Origin: the human T2T-CHM13v2.0 reference genome, Homo sapiens
NCBI RefSeq assembly: GCF_009914755.1
Contig: NC_060934.1
DNA length: 64,000 nucleotides
Strand: one strand, 5' to 3'
Shown: piece after piece, positions 44,301-57,072 of the stretch
Layout of the letters: each line of letters starts with the position of its first letter
Numbering within the stretch: position 1 is the stretch's first letter
Translations under genes and position numbers: made by a program
The notes under the pieces: generated by a model
Told to the model about the DNA's origin: nothing
Databases searched by the model: none
What the model saw: the letters and a program-made list of their open reading frames with translations, nothing else

Positions 44301-44876
44301 ACCACCCACTGGGGTTGACTTTCCCACTCACCCTTCAGCAAGGTGACAGTTCACCACCAGGACTGGAAATAACATTGTCAGAGAACAGAACCTGGGACTC
44401 CAGGCGTAAATAAACCCAAGACCTCAGGCCACTGGCTACCAAACCTCAAGGGGCACCAATCACACCTAACAATGCAGGTAGTCAGGCCTTATACACTTCC
44501 TGGCAGGACACCCAGCACCTGGAATCCCTGTCCTCTCAGAGGAAGTCCCTGCTAGAGGTAGTGGCAAAAGGAAAACCTCAAAAGGCCTTCTGATGCCCTG
44601 GTCCGGCATCGATGCTTAGTACATTTGTCAGAGGCATTTGAACCACAGCAAGTCCATCTTGGATAGGACCTGGGTAAAATAAGGCTACGACCTGCTGGGC
44701 TGTATTCCCAGGAGGTTAAAGCATTCTTAGTCACAGGAGGCGATAGGAGGTCGGCAGAAGATACAGGTCATACAGACCTCCCTGATAAAAGAGTTTGCAG
44801 TTAAGAAGCCTGCCAAACCCACCAAAACCAAGATGGCAATGCGAGTGACCTCTGATCATCCTCACTGCTACACTCC

Positions 44877-45420
44877 TGTTACAGGAAACGGGTCCTGATC
44901 CAGATCCCAAGAGTGGGTTCTTGCATCTTGCGCAAGTAAGAATTTAGGGCGAGTCCACAGTGCAAAGTGAAAGCAAGTTTATTAAGGAAGTAAAGGAATA
45001 AAAGAATGGCTACTCCATAGACAGAGCAGCCCCAAGGGCTGCTGGTTGCTGATTTTTATGGTTATTTCTTGGTGATATGCTAAACGAGGGCTGGATTATT
45101 CTTGCCTCCCCTTTTTAGACCATATAGAGTAACTTCCTGACATTGCCATGGCATTTGTAAACTGTCATGATGCTGGTGGGAGTGGAGCAGTGAGGACAAC
45201 CAGAGGTCACTCTCCTCACCATTTTGGTTTTGGTCAGCTCCTTTACTGCAACTTGTTCTATCAGCAAGGTCTTCATGATCTGTATTTTGTCCCGACCTCC
45301 TATCTCATCCTGTGATTTAGAATGCCTTAACTGTCTGGGAATGCAGCACTGTAAGTTTCAGCCTCATTTTACCCAGCTCCTATTCAAGATGGAGTTGCTA
45401 TGGTTCACATGCCTCTGACA
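44877..45420 (-). mobile_element. Complete MER41A solo LTR, inserted in inverted orientation
   Basis: tgttacaggaaa...atgcctctgaca is the reverse complement of the host LTR family; perfect 4-bp TSD ctcc (44873-76 / 45421-24). Confidence 0.92.
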
Positions 45421-45619
45421 CTCCTACCAGCACCATGACAGCTTACAAATGCAACGGCAATGTCAGGAAGTTACCCAATATGGTCTTCAAAAAGGAGGCA
45501 TGAGTAATCCACCCCTTGGTTTAGCATATCATCAAGAAATAACCATAAAAACAGTCAACTCTGTCTATGGAGTAGCCATTCTTTATTCCTTTACTTTTCT
45601 AATAAACTTGCTTTCACTT

Positions 45620-46090
45620 TGTGGCAGGACGAGCCACAGACAACAACCCCTCAGACACCGAATTGTAGAAGGAAAGGGCTTTATTCAGCTGGGAGCATCA
45701 GCAGACTCACGTCTCCAAAAACCGAGCTCCCCAAGTGAGCAATTCCTGTCCCTTTTAAGGGCTTACAACTCTAAGAGGGTCCATGTGAGAGGGTCGTGAT
45801 CGATTGAGCAAGCAGGCGGTACGTGACTGGAGGCTGCATGCACCTGCACTGGTAATTAGAACAGAACAGAACAGGACAGGGATTTTCACAGTGCTTTTCC
45901 ATACAATGTCCGTAATCTATAGATAACATAACCGATTAGGTCAGGGCTCGATCTTTAACTGCTAGGCCCAAGGTGTGGCGCCAGGCTGTCTGCCTGTGGG
46001 TTTCATTTCTGCCTTTTAGTTTTTACTTCTTTTTTTCTTTGGAGGCAGAAATTGGGCATAAGACAATATGAAGGGTTGTCTCCTCCTTTA
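45620..46090 (-). mobile_element. LTR2-family (HERV-E) solo LTR
   Basis: Reverse complement begins taaaggaggagacaacccttcatattgtcttatgcccaatttctgcctccaaag; polyA signal (tttatt on +); perfect 4-bp TSD actt (45616-19 / 46091-94). Confidence 0.9.
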
Positions 46091-47418
46091 ACTTTACAGA
46101 CTCGCCATGAGTTCTTTCTTGCACAAGATCCATGAATCCTTCCTCGGGGTCTGGATCAGGACCCCTGTCCAGTAGCACTTTAACAGAGGGGTCCCCCAAA
46201 AGCCCCAGGGCCTTCCACAGCCCCCACACTTCTGTACTTTGCCCCTGCCTTGAATGCTGCGCACACCTCCTCACCTCTGGGATGTCTCCAATGAGAGCAT
46301 CCCCAACCTTCACAGAAGCTGAGGCTCAGCTGAGAGGGTGCTGTTGTTTCCCTGACTGATCCCCAGTACCCAACACAAAGTCTGGCATGAGGAAACTCAG
46401 AAAGTATTTCACAAGTGGAGAAAGAGCTCTAACTTTGCTTTTTTTTTTAACCCTGCATAAACAGTGGCTACTATTTTGTTCAAATTCTACCTCATGCAGA
46501 GTGAGGTGAAGATCAGAGCCTGAAAATAGGCCCAGTCCCCTGCTCTGGGGGACTTACTTTTTAGTTTCACAAATAGAAGTTTGTGGTAGTTCACTTCGTC
46601 TAACAAAAATGTATTATGTTCTTTGCTCCACAACAAATTCTAGTAGTCAAATATTTAAACATTAAGAAGTAAAGCCATAGAAGTATAAAAAAGGGAATAA
46701 TTGTATGAGTGAGGATGCCCTTCAATGCAAGACTTCAAACACAGAAGTCATGAAAAACTGAAATCATTGACTACATAAAAAATTGGAATGTTGTGCATAG
46801 TCACAAAAATATACCATGAACAAAATCAAAAGATAAATTTGAAATTGGCAGAAATATATTGAGCACTCGTATGTGAGACAAAAGATAAATTTTCTTAATG
46901 TATAAAGAGTTTCTAAAATAGATAAGGAAAAACAAAGGAAAAACGGTCAAAGGATACAAATGGGAAGTTCACAGAAGAAAAAAATTTAGAATTTCCTTAA
47001 ACATGAAAATATGTTTGACCTCACTATAAAGAAGAAAATACAAAGTATTGCAACCTGAAAATAATTTCATAAGATGGAAAAATTAGAGATCAGTCTCCAA
47101 ACATAATGCAAAAATTTTAAACAAAATATCAGCAAATCAAAGCAAGTAATATGTAAAAATAATAATATATATTAAAATCAAGTGGGATTTATTGCAGGGA
47201 TGCAAGGGTGGCTTAACAATAAATCAATCAATGCAATATACAACATTAATAGGAGAAAAGAGGAAAGTAACACAAATGTCTTAAAAGGTATAAAACTAAT
47301 AATATTAATTAATAATCTCCAGTACCCATTTATGAACTTTTTAAAAATAAAGTCTTAGTAAACTAAAAATAGGAGGGAACTTCCTTAATGTGAAAGGGTT
47401 ATAAGGAAATCCACAGCA

Positions 47419-47492
47419 ATCTATGGCCATACCACTCTGAATGTGCCTAATCTCAGAAACTAAGCCTGGTTAGTATTTGGGAGAGGGAAAAT
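47419..47492 (+). pseudogene. 5S rRNA retropseudogene, internally deleted, 3'-truncated, tailless
   Basis: (a)tctatggccataccactctgaatgtgcctaatctc-agaaactaagc-ctggttagtatttgggaga matches human 5S; TSD aatc(c/a)acagca. Confidence 0.88.
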
Positions 47493-47741
47493 AATCAACA
47501 GCAAATTTCATTTCTCTTGGTAGAATATTGAAAGCTTTCCCTCTGAGCTTCAGGGATAAGATAAAACGCCTCTTACAACCATTTTTATTCAACATGCTAC
47601 TCAAGGCCTGGCCTAGTAAGACAAGAAAAAGAAATAAAAAACAGAAGCATTAGAAAGGAAAAAATGAAATTTTTGTTAGAGATAACATGATTATGCATGT
47701 AGAAAACCCAAGGGAACCTAAAAACTATTAGAATAGGTGAA

Positions 47742-49923
47742 GGAAGTCCTAGCCAGAGCAATTCGGCAAGAAAAATAAATAAAGGGCATTTAAATTAGAA
47801 AAGAAGAAGTCAAATTGTCCCTGTTTGAACACAGTATGATCTTATATACAGAAAAACCTAAATACTCTACCTAGAAACTCTTAGAACTGAGCTGAAAAAG
47901 AAATCTAGAAGGTAATCCCACTTATAACAGCTACCAAAAATAAAATAAAATACCTAGGAATAAATTTAACCAAGGAAGTGAAAGACCTCTGCAAGGAAAA
48001 CTACAAAACACTGATGAAAGAAACTGAAAAAGGATACAAACAAATGGAAAGACACCCCATGCTCATGGATCAGAAGAATTAATATTATTAAAATGACAAT
48101 ACTACCCACAGTTATTCACAGATTCAATAAAATTCCTATCAAAATACCAATGACATTTTTCACAGAAATTGAAAAAAAAAATCCTAAAATTTGTATAGAA
48201 CCACAAAGGATTCTGAATAGCCAGCCAAAGCAATCCTGGTCAAAAAGAACAAGGCTGGAGGTATCAGACTATGGTACCTCAAAATATACTACAAAGCTAT
48301 AGTAACCCAAACATCATGGTACCGGCATAAAAACAGATACATAGACCCATGAAACAATAGAGAACCCAGAAATTAATCTACATATCTTTAGCCAACTGAT
48401 TTTTGACAAAGGTGCCAAGAACACTCATTGGATAATCTCTTCAATATATAGTGCTGGAAAAACTGAGTCACTATAGGCAGAAGAATGAAACTACGTTCCA
48501 ACCTCTCACCTTGTAAAAAATTCAATTCAAAATAGATGAAAGACCTAAATGTAAGACCCCAAACAATAAAACTACCAGAAAGAAACATAGAGAAAATTCT
48601 TCAGGATGTTGGTAAGGGAAAAGATTTAATGAATAAGACCTCAAGGGTACAGGCAACAAAAGCAAAAATCAATAAATGGGATTATACAGCAAACTGAAAA
48701 GCTTCTGCACAGCAAAGGAAACAACCAACAGAGTGAAAGGACAACCTACAGAATGGGAGAAAATACTTGCAAACTATTCATCCAACAAGAGATTAATAAC
48801 CAGAATACACAAGGAGCTCAAACAATCCAACAGCAAAAACCCAATTTGATTTAAAAATGGGCAAATGATCTGAGCCAACATCTCTCAAAAGGAGACATAA
48901 AAAATGGCCAAGAAAGATATAAATTTTGACATCACTAATCATCAGGGAAATGCAAATCAAAACCAGAAGGAGGTATCATCTCACTCTAGTTAAAATGGCT
49001 ACTATCAAAAAGACAAATAATAAAAAATGCTGGTGAGGATGTAGAGAAAAGGAAACTCTTTATACACTGTTGGTGGGAATGTAAACAAATACATAACACT
49101 TCGGAGAGCAATATGGAGGTTCCTCAGAAAACTACAAATAGAACTACTCTATGATTCAGCAATCCCACTACTGGGCATTTATCCAAAGGAAAGGAAAACA
49201 GTATATTGAAAAGACATCTGCACCCGCATGTTTGCTGCAGCACTATTCACCACAGCCAAGATATGTATACATATATATGTATACATATACATATACATGT
49301 ATATGTATATGTATATATATACAAGATATACATATATATGTATATGTATATATACATATAGATAATATGTATATGTACATATACATATTATATATATATT
49401 TCAATGGAATATTATTCAGCCATAAAAAGAATAAAATCTTCTCATTTGTGGCAACACAGATGGAACTGAAGGACATTATTTTAAGTGAAATAAGCCAGGA
49501 ACAGAAAGTTAAATGCCATATGTTCTCACTCATGTGTGGAGGCTAAAAAAAAAGTTGATTTCATAGGAGTAAAAAGTAGAACAGAGGATACTAGAGGCTG
49601 AGAAGGGTAGGGGGAAGAGAAGGAGATATTTGTTAAAGGATACAAAATTACAGCTAGATAGGAAGAATAAATCCTAGTGTTCTATAGCACAATAGGATGA
49701 CTATAGTTAACAGTAATATGTTATATCATTTTAAATAGCTGGGAGGATATTGAATACTCCCAGTACAAAGAAATGATAAATGTTTGAGATGATGGATATG
49801 CTAATTACCCTGCTGTGATTCCTATGCATTGTATATATCAAAACATTACTATGTACCCCATGAATATGTACAATTATTATTTGTCAATTAAAAGATAAAA
49901 TTAACAAGAAAAATTTAAAAATT
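47742..49923 (+). mobile_element. L1MA3-like 5'-truncated L1 (about 2.2 kb)
   Basis: ORF2 C-terminal region plus 3'UTR (ggatacaaaattacagctagatagg...atgtaccccatgaatatgtacaattatt); TSD aata(g/a)gtgaa. Confidence 0.85.
49260..49400. repeat. (TA)/(TATG)/(CATA) microsatellite inside L1MA3
   Basis: Read directly. Confidence 0.85.
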
Positions 49924-51865
49924 AATAAGTGAAACTAGCAAGATTTCTGGATGTAAAAGACCAGGACACAAAATTTAATTGTATTTCTATTTGCTAGCAA
50001 GAAATGAATAGAAAACAAAAAAAAAATCTTATTTTAATAACATTTAGAAATCAAAAACCTAGGAATAAACCTTACAAAAGCTGTGCAAGACCTCTGGACT
50101 AATTTTTTAAAAATTATTGAAGTAGACAAAACACAAATAAATGGAGGAATATACCATGTTCATGGATTAGAAGACCTGACTTTGTAAAGATGTTCCTTCT
50201 TTCCCAAGTTGATTCATAAATTCAACAGTATTCCAGCAAAATTCAAGCAGGATTTTTTGTCAAAATTGACAAACTGGTTTTCAAATTCAGGTGGAAAATC
50301 CAGGTAATCTTGAATAACAAAGCTGGAGGACTTATGTTACCAGATATCAACTCATGCTAAAGTTACAAAAATTAAGACAGTGTAATACTAATGAAAGAAC
50401 AGGCAAACTAACCAGTAGAAATCAATAGAGGGTCCAGAAACAGACCCTCTCCTAATTTATGACAAATGCAATACCGTAATGTAATGAGGAAATAATGGTC
50501 TTTCAAAAAAAGGGATTGTGTGGAATAGATATCCATATGAGAGAAAAATGTATCTGGTCCCCTATTTTCATCATACACAAGAAACAATTCCAGATTAATA
50601 GTATCTCCATGTAAAAGGTAACAATCAGTAAATAAAGCTTTCAGGAGAAAAATTAAACAGCAACATCATCACAACTTTGTAGTAGGCCAAAATATCATAA
50701 ACAGAAAATAATTGCTTTATTCATAATGCATAAAACATTAATAAATTGGGCCTTATTAAATTAAGAGCTGTTCATGAAAAGACACTATTAAGAGAGTGAA
50801 AATGTAATTAATACAAAGGAAAAGATATTTATAGTACATATATCTAACAAAGAATTTGTATCCAGAGTACATAAAGAACTCTCGCGAATTAGTAATAAAA
50901 AGACAAACAACCCAATTTTAAATGAGCAAAGAACTTAGACTTTTCACAAAAGGAAATATTCTAATAGCTTATAAGCAAAGGGAAATGTTCTCAACCACAT
51001 TAATCATCAGGGCAAAGCTAAATAAAACCACTATCAGAAACCACGACACACCCATCAGGATGGCTAAAAAGAAACAGTTGGAAAATGCCAAGTGTTAGCA
51101 AGGATATGGAGCAACTAAAATTCTCAAGTAGTGCTGCTGGTGGTGAATATTAGTGAAATCACTCTGTAAAATTATTTGGCATGTCCTATGATCCAGCAGA
51201 TCCCTCCTGCATATATACACAATAGAAATGCTTACGTATGTTTACCCAAAGACACGTATAAGAATGTACATCACAGCTGTGTTCATTATAGCCCCAAACT
51301 AGAAATTATTCAAATGCCCAGAATGGGTAACTAAATTGAATGTTTGCACAAAGAAATTTCTCTCAACAATGAGAATAAATGAACACAATACAACAATTAC
51401 ACAAATATAATGTTGTGTGAAAGAGGTCAAACACAAAAAAACACATATTGCATGATTCCATTGACACAAAATGCAAAAATAGGCCAACGATCTGGCCACT
51501 ATGCCAATCCCAGAAGGGAGTGGCTAAAAAAAGACATGGGAGAAATTCATGTTCTGTTTCTTGGTCTGGCTCCCAATTACATAGGTGAAGTCATTTTGTG
51601 AAAACTCATGAGACTGTACACTTGTAAAATGTGCATTTTCTGTATAGATAGTGTACTTCAATTAAAAGTTTTTTTTAAAAAAAAAAAACCTATCAGCTCT
51701 GCTCTTATGGGTAGACATTTAGTGTCACTTGCCAGGGTAGCAACAGCATACGCCATATCCTTTCCTCTACAGAAGCAGGGGCCACCAGGTCAGCCTTATC
51801 AATCATTTACATACAGGTGCTTCAGCAAGATTTCCTTCTGCAAGCATTTTACAAATCTATATTTC

Positions 51866-52146
51866 TTTCTTTCTTTCTTTCTTTTTTTTTTTTTTTGAGA
51901 CAGAGTCTCACTCTTGGCTCACCACAACTTCTGCCTCTTGGGTTCAGGCGATTCTCATGCCTCAACCTCCCGAGTAGCTGGGATTACAGGCACCCACCAC
52001 CATGCCCAGCTAATTTTTGTATTTTTAGTAGAGATGGGGTTTCATCACATTGGCCAGGCTGGTCTCGAACTCCTGAACTCAAGCGATCCACCCACCTTGG
52101 CCTCCCAAAGTGCTGGGCTTAAAGGCATGAGCCACCGCACCCAGCC
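51866..52146 (-). mobile_element. Alu (Sz/Jb-like) with a right-arm deletion of about 30 bp
   Basis: gtctcactct joined directly to tggctcacc; 13-bp TSD aaatct(a/g)tatttc. Confidence 0.92.
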
Positions 52147-52379
52147 AAATCTGTATTTCCTGATGCAGTTTACACTGAACAAATTTTGCTGAACTCTGTT
52201 CACAGACCATTTGAAACTTGTAAAAAGTTTAGCATGTATATTATTCATGGCTAGAGAAAAGACAAAAAACAACAGAAGTTTTTCAGGGGTGATCTCTTAC
52301 TGAAATCTACCATCACTTTCTTGAATTTTATTGCAAAATATCTCACATATGTTTGTAAAGTAATGAAAAAAAAAAAAGA

Positions 52380-52595
52380 GCTGATTCTTACTGAGCACTA
52401 AATGCCAGGCTTTGATGCAGGTACTTTTCGTGCATTAACCCATATTCATTCTCAGGACAACCCCACAGTGCAAGGATTATTATCATTCCCATTTCATAGA
52501 CGAGGGTTAGCATTTGTTCGAAATCATCAATCTTTTATATGAAGCTGATGGGACACAAACCAGGCTGCCTGGTTCCTGTGCTCAGAATTCTACCT
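52380..52595 (-). mobile_element. MIR
   Basis: ttactgagcactaaatgccaggc...ttattatcattcccatttcatagacgagg. Confidence 0.75.
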
Positions 52596-52979
52596 GGGCA
52601 TGATTTTCACCCACAAAGTGAGCTGTGGGTATTGGTGCTATGAGAACTCACCTCTCCTGGGCCATAGTGCATTTCCTAAGGGTAGACCCCTGATCAGTGG
52701 GAATTGCTCCACTCTCTGGTCAGCGTCCAGAGCTGATCTAAACACTGCCTAGTGAGAGGGGCATAGGGTCTGGTAAAGGAAAATACCTGAGGGAAGGAGG
52801 GCATGTGGATGCCCACCGCTGTCCTAACGACATGCCCTGGCTGTCTCTCTTCTGAGACCTGGATAGTCAACTCTTCTTGGATCTTAGGAGATCTTGATCT
52901 TTTCTAACAAATCCATTTTCCCAATGGCTAATTTGAGTTGGTTTCTCTCACCACAAAAACGTTTAAAAAGACATTAAGA

Positions 52980-53470
<491 letters not shown>

Positions 53471-54339
53471 TTTCTGGACACATTTCCATCCTCCCTCCCT
53501 CTACCCATAAGTAGCTAGCCACATTGTCAGTTCTCCCCTGTGTTCTTGGCCGTTTTTCCAACAGTCATGACTGACATCTACAGTTGTTGCGGGAGGCATA
53601 GATTTACCTTTCCCAGGCAAAACTACAAGTGTCCAACCAGAGAAGGCACTCACAGCTTGTCTGAGCAACAACTCGCTTAGACTAGCCGCCGTGCAGAGTG
53701 GAAATCCCGGAAACACACACTGTGTCTCCTGCTGTTTGCTTAGCTTAGACCTTAGCTAGATCAGCTTTCTCATTCCTCCGTCTCATGTAGCCTCTGGGCA
53801 AAATGGGACCAACAGAGATATTCATGCAGGGTATTTTGTTCCCAAAAGCTCAAAGGAATTGGAAGGAAAAGGGCACATTACAGTGGGAATTCCAGAATGC
53901 ATTTGATCAGCAGTGTTGCACCAGGGAGAGCAGATAGTCTGACTCTACAGCCATTTTCCTAGGAACACATCATTGATCTGGAGTAGCCAGGAGAGAGCGG
54001 TTTGAGAACGGCCCAGTGACGTGGACTGCCTGCTGGCTGGTCCTGTCATCATGCCTTCTTCAGGGATGCTGCACTCTGCATCCCTAAAGATGGTCCCAGG
54101 TACTCCGCAAGTCCTCCATCCTCAGGTCAGTCATGTTTCCTCTCTTCTCCTTTCTTAGGGCACAGACCTTTGCCTTTCATCTTTCTGCAGGTTGGTCATC
54201 TTCCTCACAGGCATAAAACTGATGTCTGGAGCCAAGCTGAACAGTAGTTCACATTGGCCAGTGTTAAACGTAGACACAGCACCCAGGTGTCTTATGTGGC
54301 CTTGTAAAATATGCTGAACACCTCTCTATTTAGAAAATT

Positions 54340-54834
54340 CCTCACGTTGTGATTCCTACACTCTAAGAACAGAAAAAAAACTATGTTTCCCAGCAGACTT
54401 TGCTGCCACAATGCAGACATGTGACTCAGATGCCACCAGTCAGACAGGCGCCTGTGGACTGATTCGGACAGGTGCTGTGGAAGGAGACCTGGGGCCGCCT
54501 TACTGCTGCACAGTGGCAGCATCTCAGTTGCAGAAGGACAATGTGATTCGGCGGGTGGCAGCTGTGGTGACAATTTCTGATGCTAGCAGGGACAGTGGGC
54601 TCCCACCTGGGAGGGAGCAAGGGGACAGAGCAGTTTCCTGACCATGAGAGGAACAGCATATTCCCGGCATCCACAGCAGCTCCTCTCCCAGGTCACCCTG
54701 CAGCTGCTGTGGGACTTGTTCCTGGGGTTAGCCTATAGTCTGCTGCCATGGCCCCTCCAATGTTGTCCTTAATAAGTCCCCCAAACTAACAGCGAGGGAC
54801 TTTGTGGTATGTAACAAAGAGCCATGGGTAGTAC
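54340..54834 (+). mobile_element. Probable ERVL LTR (LTR33-like)
   Basis: ctatgtttcccagcagactttgctgc...atgtgactcagatgccaccagtcaga; 3' end aataagtccccc aaactaacagcgagggactttgtgg...taca. Confidence 0.45.
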
Positions 54835-55551
54835 AGCACACCTGTGCTGAGAGTGTGCTAAGGGCACCTTTAAAGAATAGGACTGCATGCATCTCCCCTG
54901 CCCCAACTCCTTCTCAATATCTTCTCCACTTTGGATTTGAAGTGTGCAGTTGCCTTCTTACTCTGCTTCCCTGATGGATCTCTACGGTTTCTTTTATCCT
55001 TTTCCACAATTGAAACCTAAGGACACTTATGAAGCCCGCATGGAAGTGTGGAAAACAAGGAGGGTGGATGTGCATATCTGCAACCTGCTGAGACACCAGC
55101 GTTCACTGCGAAAATGTCGGCTGTGATCTTGGGGAACGGCGAGAAGGAGTTGGTGTTTCCAGATTCCATTGTAATGTCTGTGGTTAAAAGGGAGACAAAG
55201 ATCCTCGATTTGTGTGAGAGAGATGGGGGCAAATATATAACAATGTAAATACGAAAATGGATGAGGAGATATGCATCTTTCCATTTGGGTCTCTTTATTT
55301 TCCTCTCCTGATTATATGTCTTTTCAGTTTTCTAAACATCATAAAAATGATGCAATCCAGACATGCAAGCCATATCCCATGTTACCTCCAATAATCTCAA
55401 GGACTCAGACAAAAGCCTTGAAATATAAGGTGTGTTGAACCACTTACAACTTGAAAATATATCTTTCACCACTCTTAGGAAGAAGCGGGTGGTGCCACAA
55501 AATGACAGACCAAGACACTGTTCCTGCAAATTGTTCAAAGTCATTCTGCAG

Positions 55552-55776
55552 GAGCATTTCTCAGACTTGGTTGGCACTATTGATATTTGGTTCTGGATAA
55601 TTCTTAGTTGTTGGGGGGTGGCTGTGCTGTGCATTTTAGGATGTTTTACAGCATCCCTAACCTCTACTTGCGGGACACCAGTAAACCTCACTCCATAGTT
55701 ATGACAACCAAAGATGTCTCCAGATATTTTTGTCACATGTGCCTGGGGGACAAAACCACCCCGTCAATAAACACTG
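55552..55776 (-). mobile_element. MER20
   Basis: ggcactattgatatttggttctggataattctt...tgacaaccaaagatgtctccagatat...aaacactg. Confidence 0.88.
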
Positions 55777-56439
55777 CTTTAAAGATAGAAACAATAGGCC
55801 ACTTTGCCAAAACAAACTGCAAGAAACACTTTGGTGTGTATGTGCACATATGTGCTGTAGCTTAAGAAAAACTCAAAAGTTGTTCATTAAATCTCAATGT
55901 AATAATTTTTTATCTGAAACATTTGGAAGAAAAAAATGGTTACAAATTCTCATATGAAGAACTAAAAGTCTCTCATTCTCAAAAGTCATCTTCCTTTATT
56001 GGGGATTTTATATTGAACACAGATCCTAGGTTGGCTGACAGATCCCTTATTCAACTTTATATTTCAGGTTTAAAAGCTCTGAATTTATATTCTTAAATTT
56101 TCATTCTGTTTCATATTTATGAGAGTGAACACTATCAATTTTTTTCTTTTAAATAATCATTTCTTGGCATTTTTCTGCTCAGACTTCAGCCTGACATGGT
56201 GAGTAGTTTCTCTTATCATTTGGAAGGAGTCTGGGACTGTGGGACCTGCCAGACAAAGCTGGCTCTGCCCCCCACCTTGCCACAGCTGTCCGGAGTCTCT
56301 CTGCTTAGCTCTCCAGCTCTTACAAGGTCCAGGTGCCTCTAGTAATACTTTCCCAGAAGGCTGTCCAGCTGCTCACATTCCCAGTGCCAAATGGCCTAGC
56401 TGAAATGATAAACAAAACTGGATAAAAATTCAGTGCTCT

Positions 56440-56733
56440 TGCTGGGTGCGGTGGCTTACACCTATAATCCCAGCGTTTTGGGAGGCCGTGGTGGGAGGGT
56501 TGCTTGAGCCCAGGAGTCTGAGACTAGCCTTGGTGATGTAGAGAGACCTCATCTCTACTTAAAAAAATACAAAAAATTAGCAGGGCATGGTGACTCATGC
56601 CTGTAGTCCCAGCTACCGGGGAGGCTGAGGTGAGAAAATCACCTGAGCCCAGGAAATCAGGGCTGCAGTGAGCTGTGATGGTGCCACTGCCCTCCAGCCT
56701 GGGTGACAGAGTAAGACTCTATCTCAGAAGAAA
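56440..56733 (+). mobile_element. AluJ (Jo-like), eroded tail
   Basis: gggagggttgcttgagcccaggag; ggctgcagtgagctgtgat. Confidence 0.9.
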
Positions 56734-56792
56734 TATGAGGGCTCTGACTTGAAGGGGAAACTCTCAGCAGCAACACAAATGATGCATTTACG

Positions 56793-57072
56793 TGTCTGCC
56801 TGTCAATCTGTCCATCTGTCCATCTGTCTACTTGTTCACCAGTCTACCTTTCCATCTGTCTGCCTGCCTGCCTGTCTACCTGTCTGCCTGTCCATCCATC
56901 TGCCTTTCCACCTGCTCGTCCATCTGCCTGTCTGCTTGTCCATCCGCCTACCTGTCTGTCCACCTGTCCACCTTCCATCTGTCCATCCATCTACCTGTCC
57001 ACCTGCCTGTCTGTCCACCTGTCCACCTTCCATCTGTCCATCCATCCCTCTGTCTACCTGTCTGTCTATCCA
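56793..57072. repeat. Degenerate (CTGT/CCAT/CCAC) low-complexity repeat with a ~41-bp internal duplication
   Basis: cctgtctgtccacctgtccaccttccatctgtccatccatc occurs twice (about 56951 and 57007). Confidence 0.85.

Larger units (their letters stand above)
44626..46177 (+). mobile_element. MER41A ERV1 solo LTR (host), in three pieces: 44626-44876, 45425-45619, 46095-46177
   Basis: tgtcagaggcatttgaacc...ctcactgctacactcc | taccagcaccatgacag...aataaacttgctttcactt | ...ggggtctggatcaggacccctgtccagtagca; flanks catt/cttt. Lacks the MER41B GAS-bearing segment. Confidence 0.9.
46650..51690 (+). mobile_element. Ancient L1M ORF2/3'UTR fragments hosting a 5S pseudogene and an L1MA3-like insertion
   Basis: ORF2 RT-region landmarks (atcaagtgggatttattgcagggatgcaagggtgg; ataccatgttcatggattagaagac) and a 3'UTR ending in an A-run at about 51688. 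Confidence 0.75.

Noticed and set aside
45090-45520. STAT1 GAS interferon enhancer in MER41
   Set aside because: Both copies lack the GAS-bearing segment between ggaggc and (at/aa)ga(g/a)taatcca, which is the MER41A state.
52600-52965. Possible old ERVL/MaLR LTR 3' end
   Set aside because: Only a short terminal resemblance; boundaries cannot be supported.
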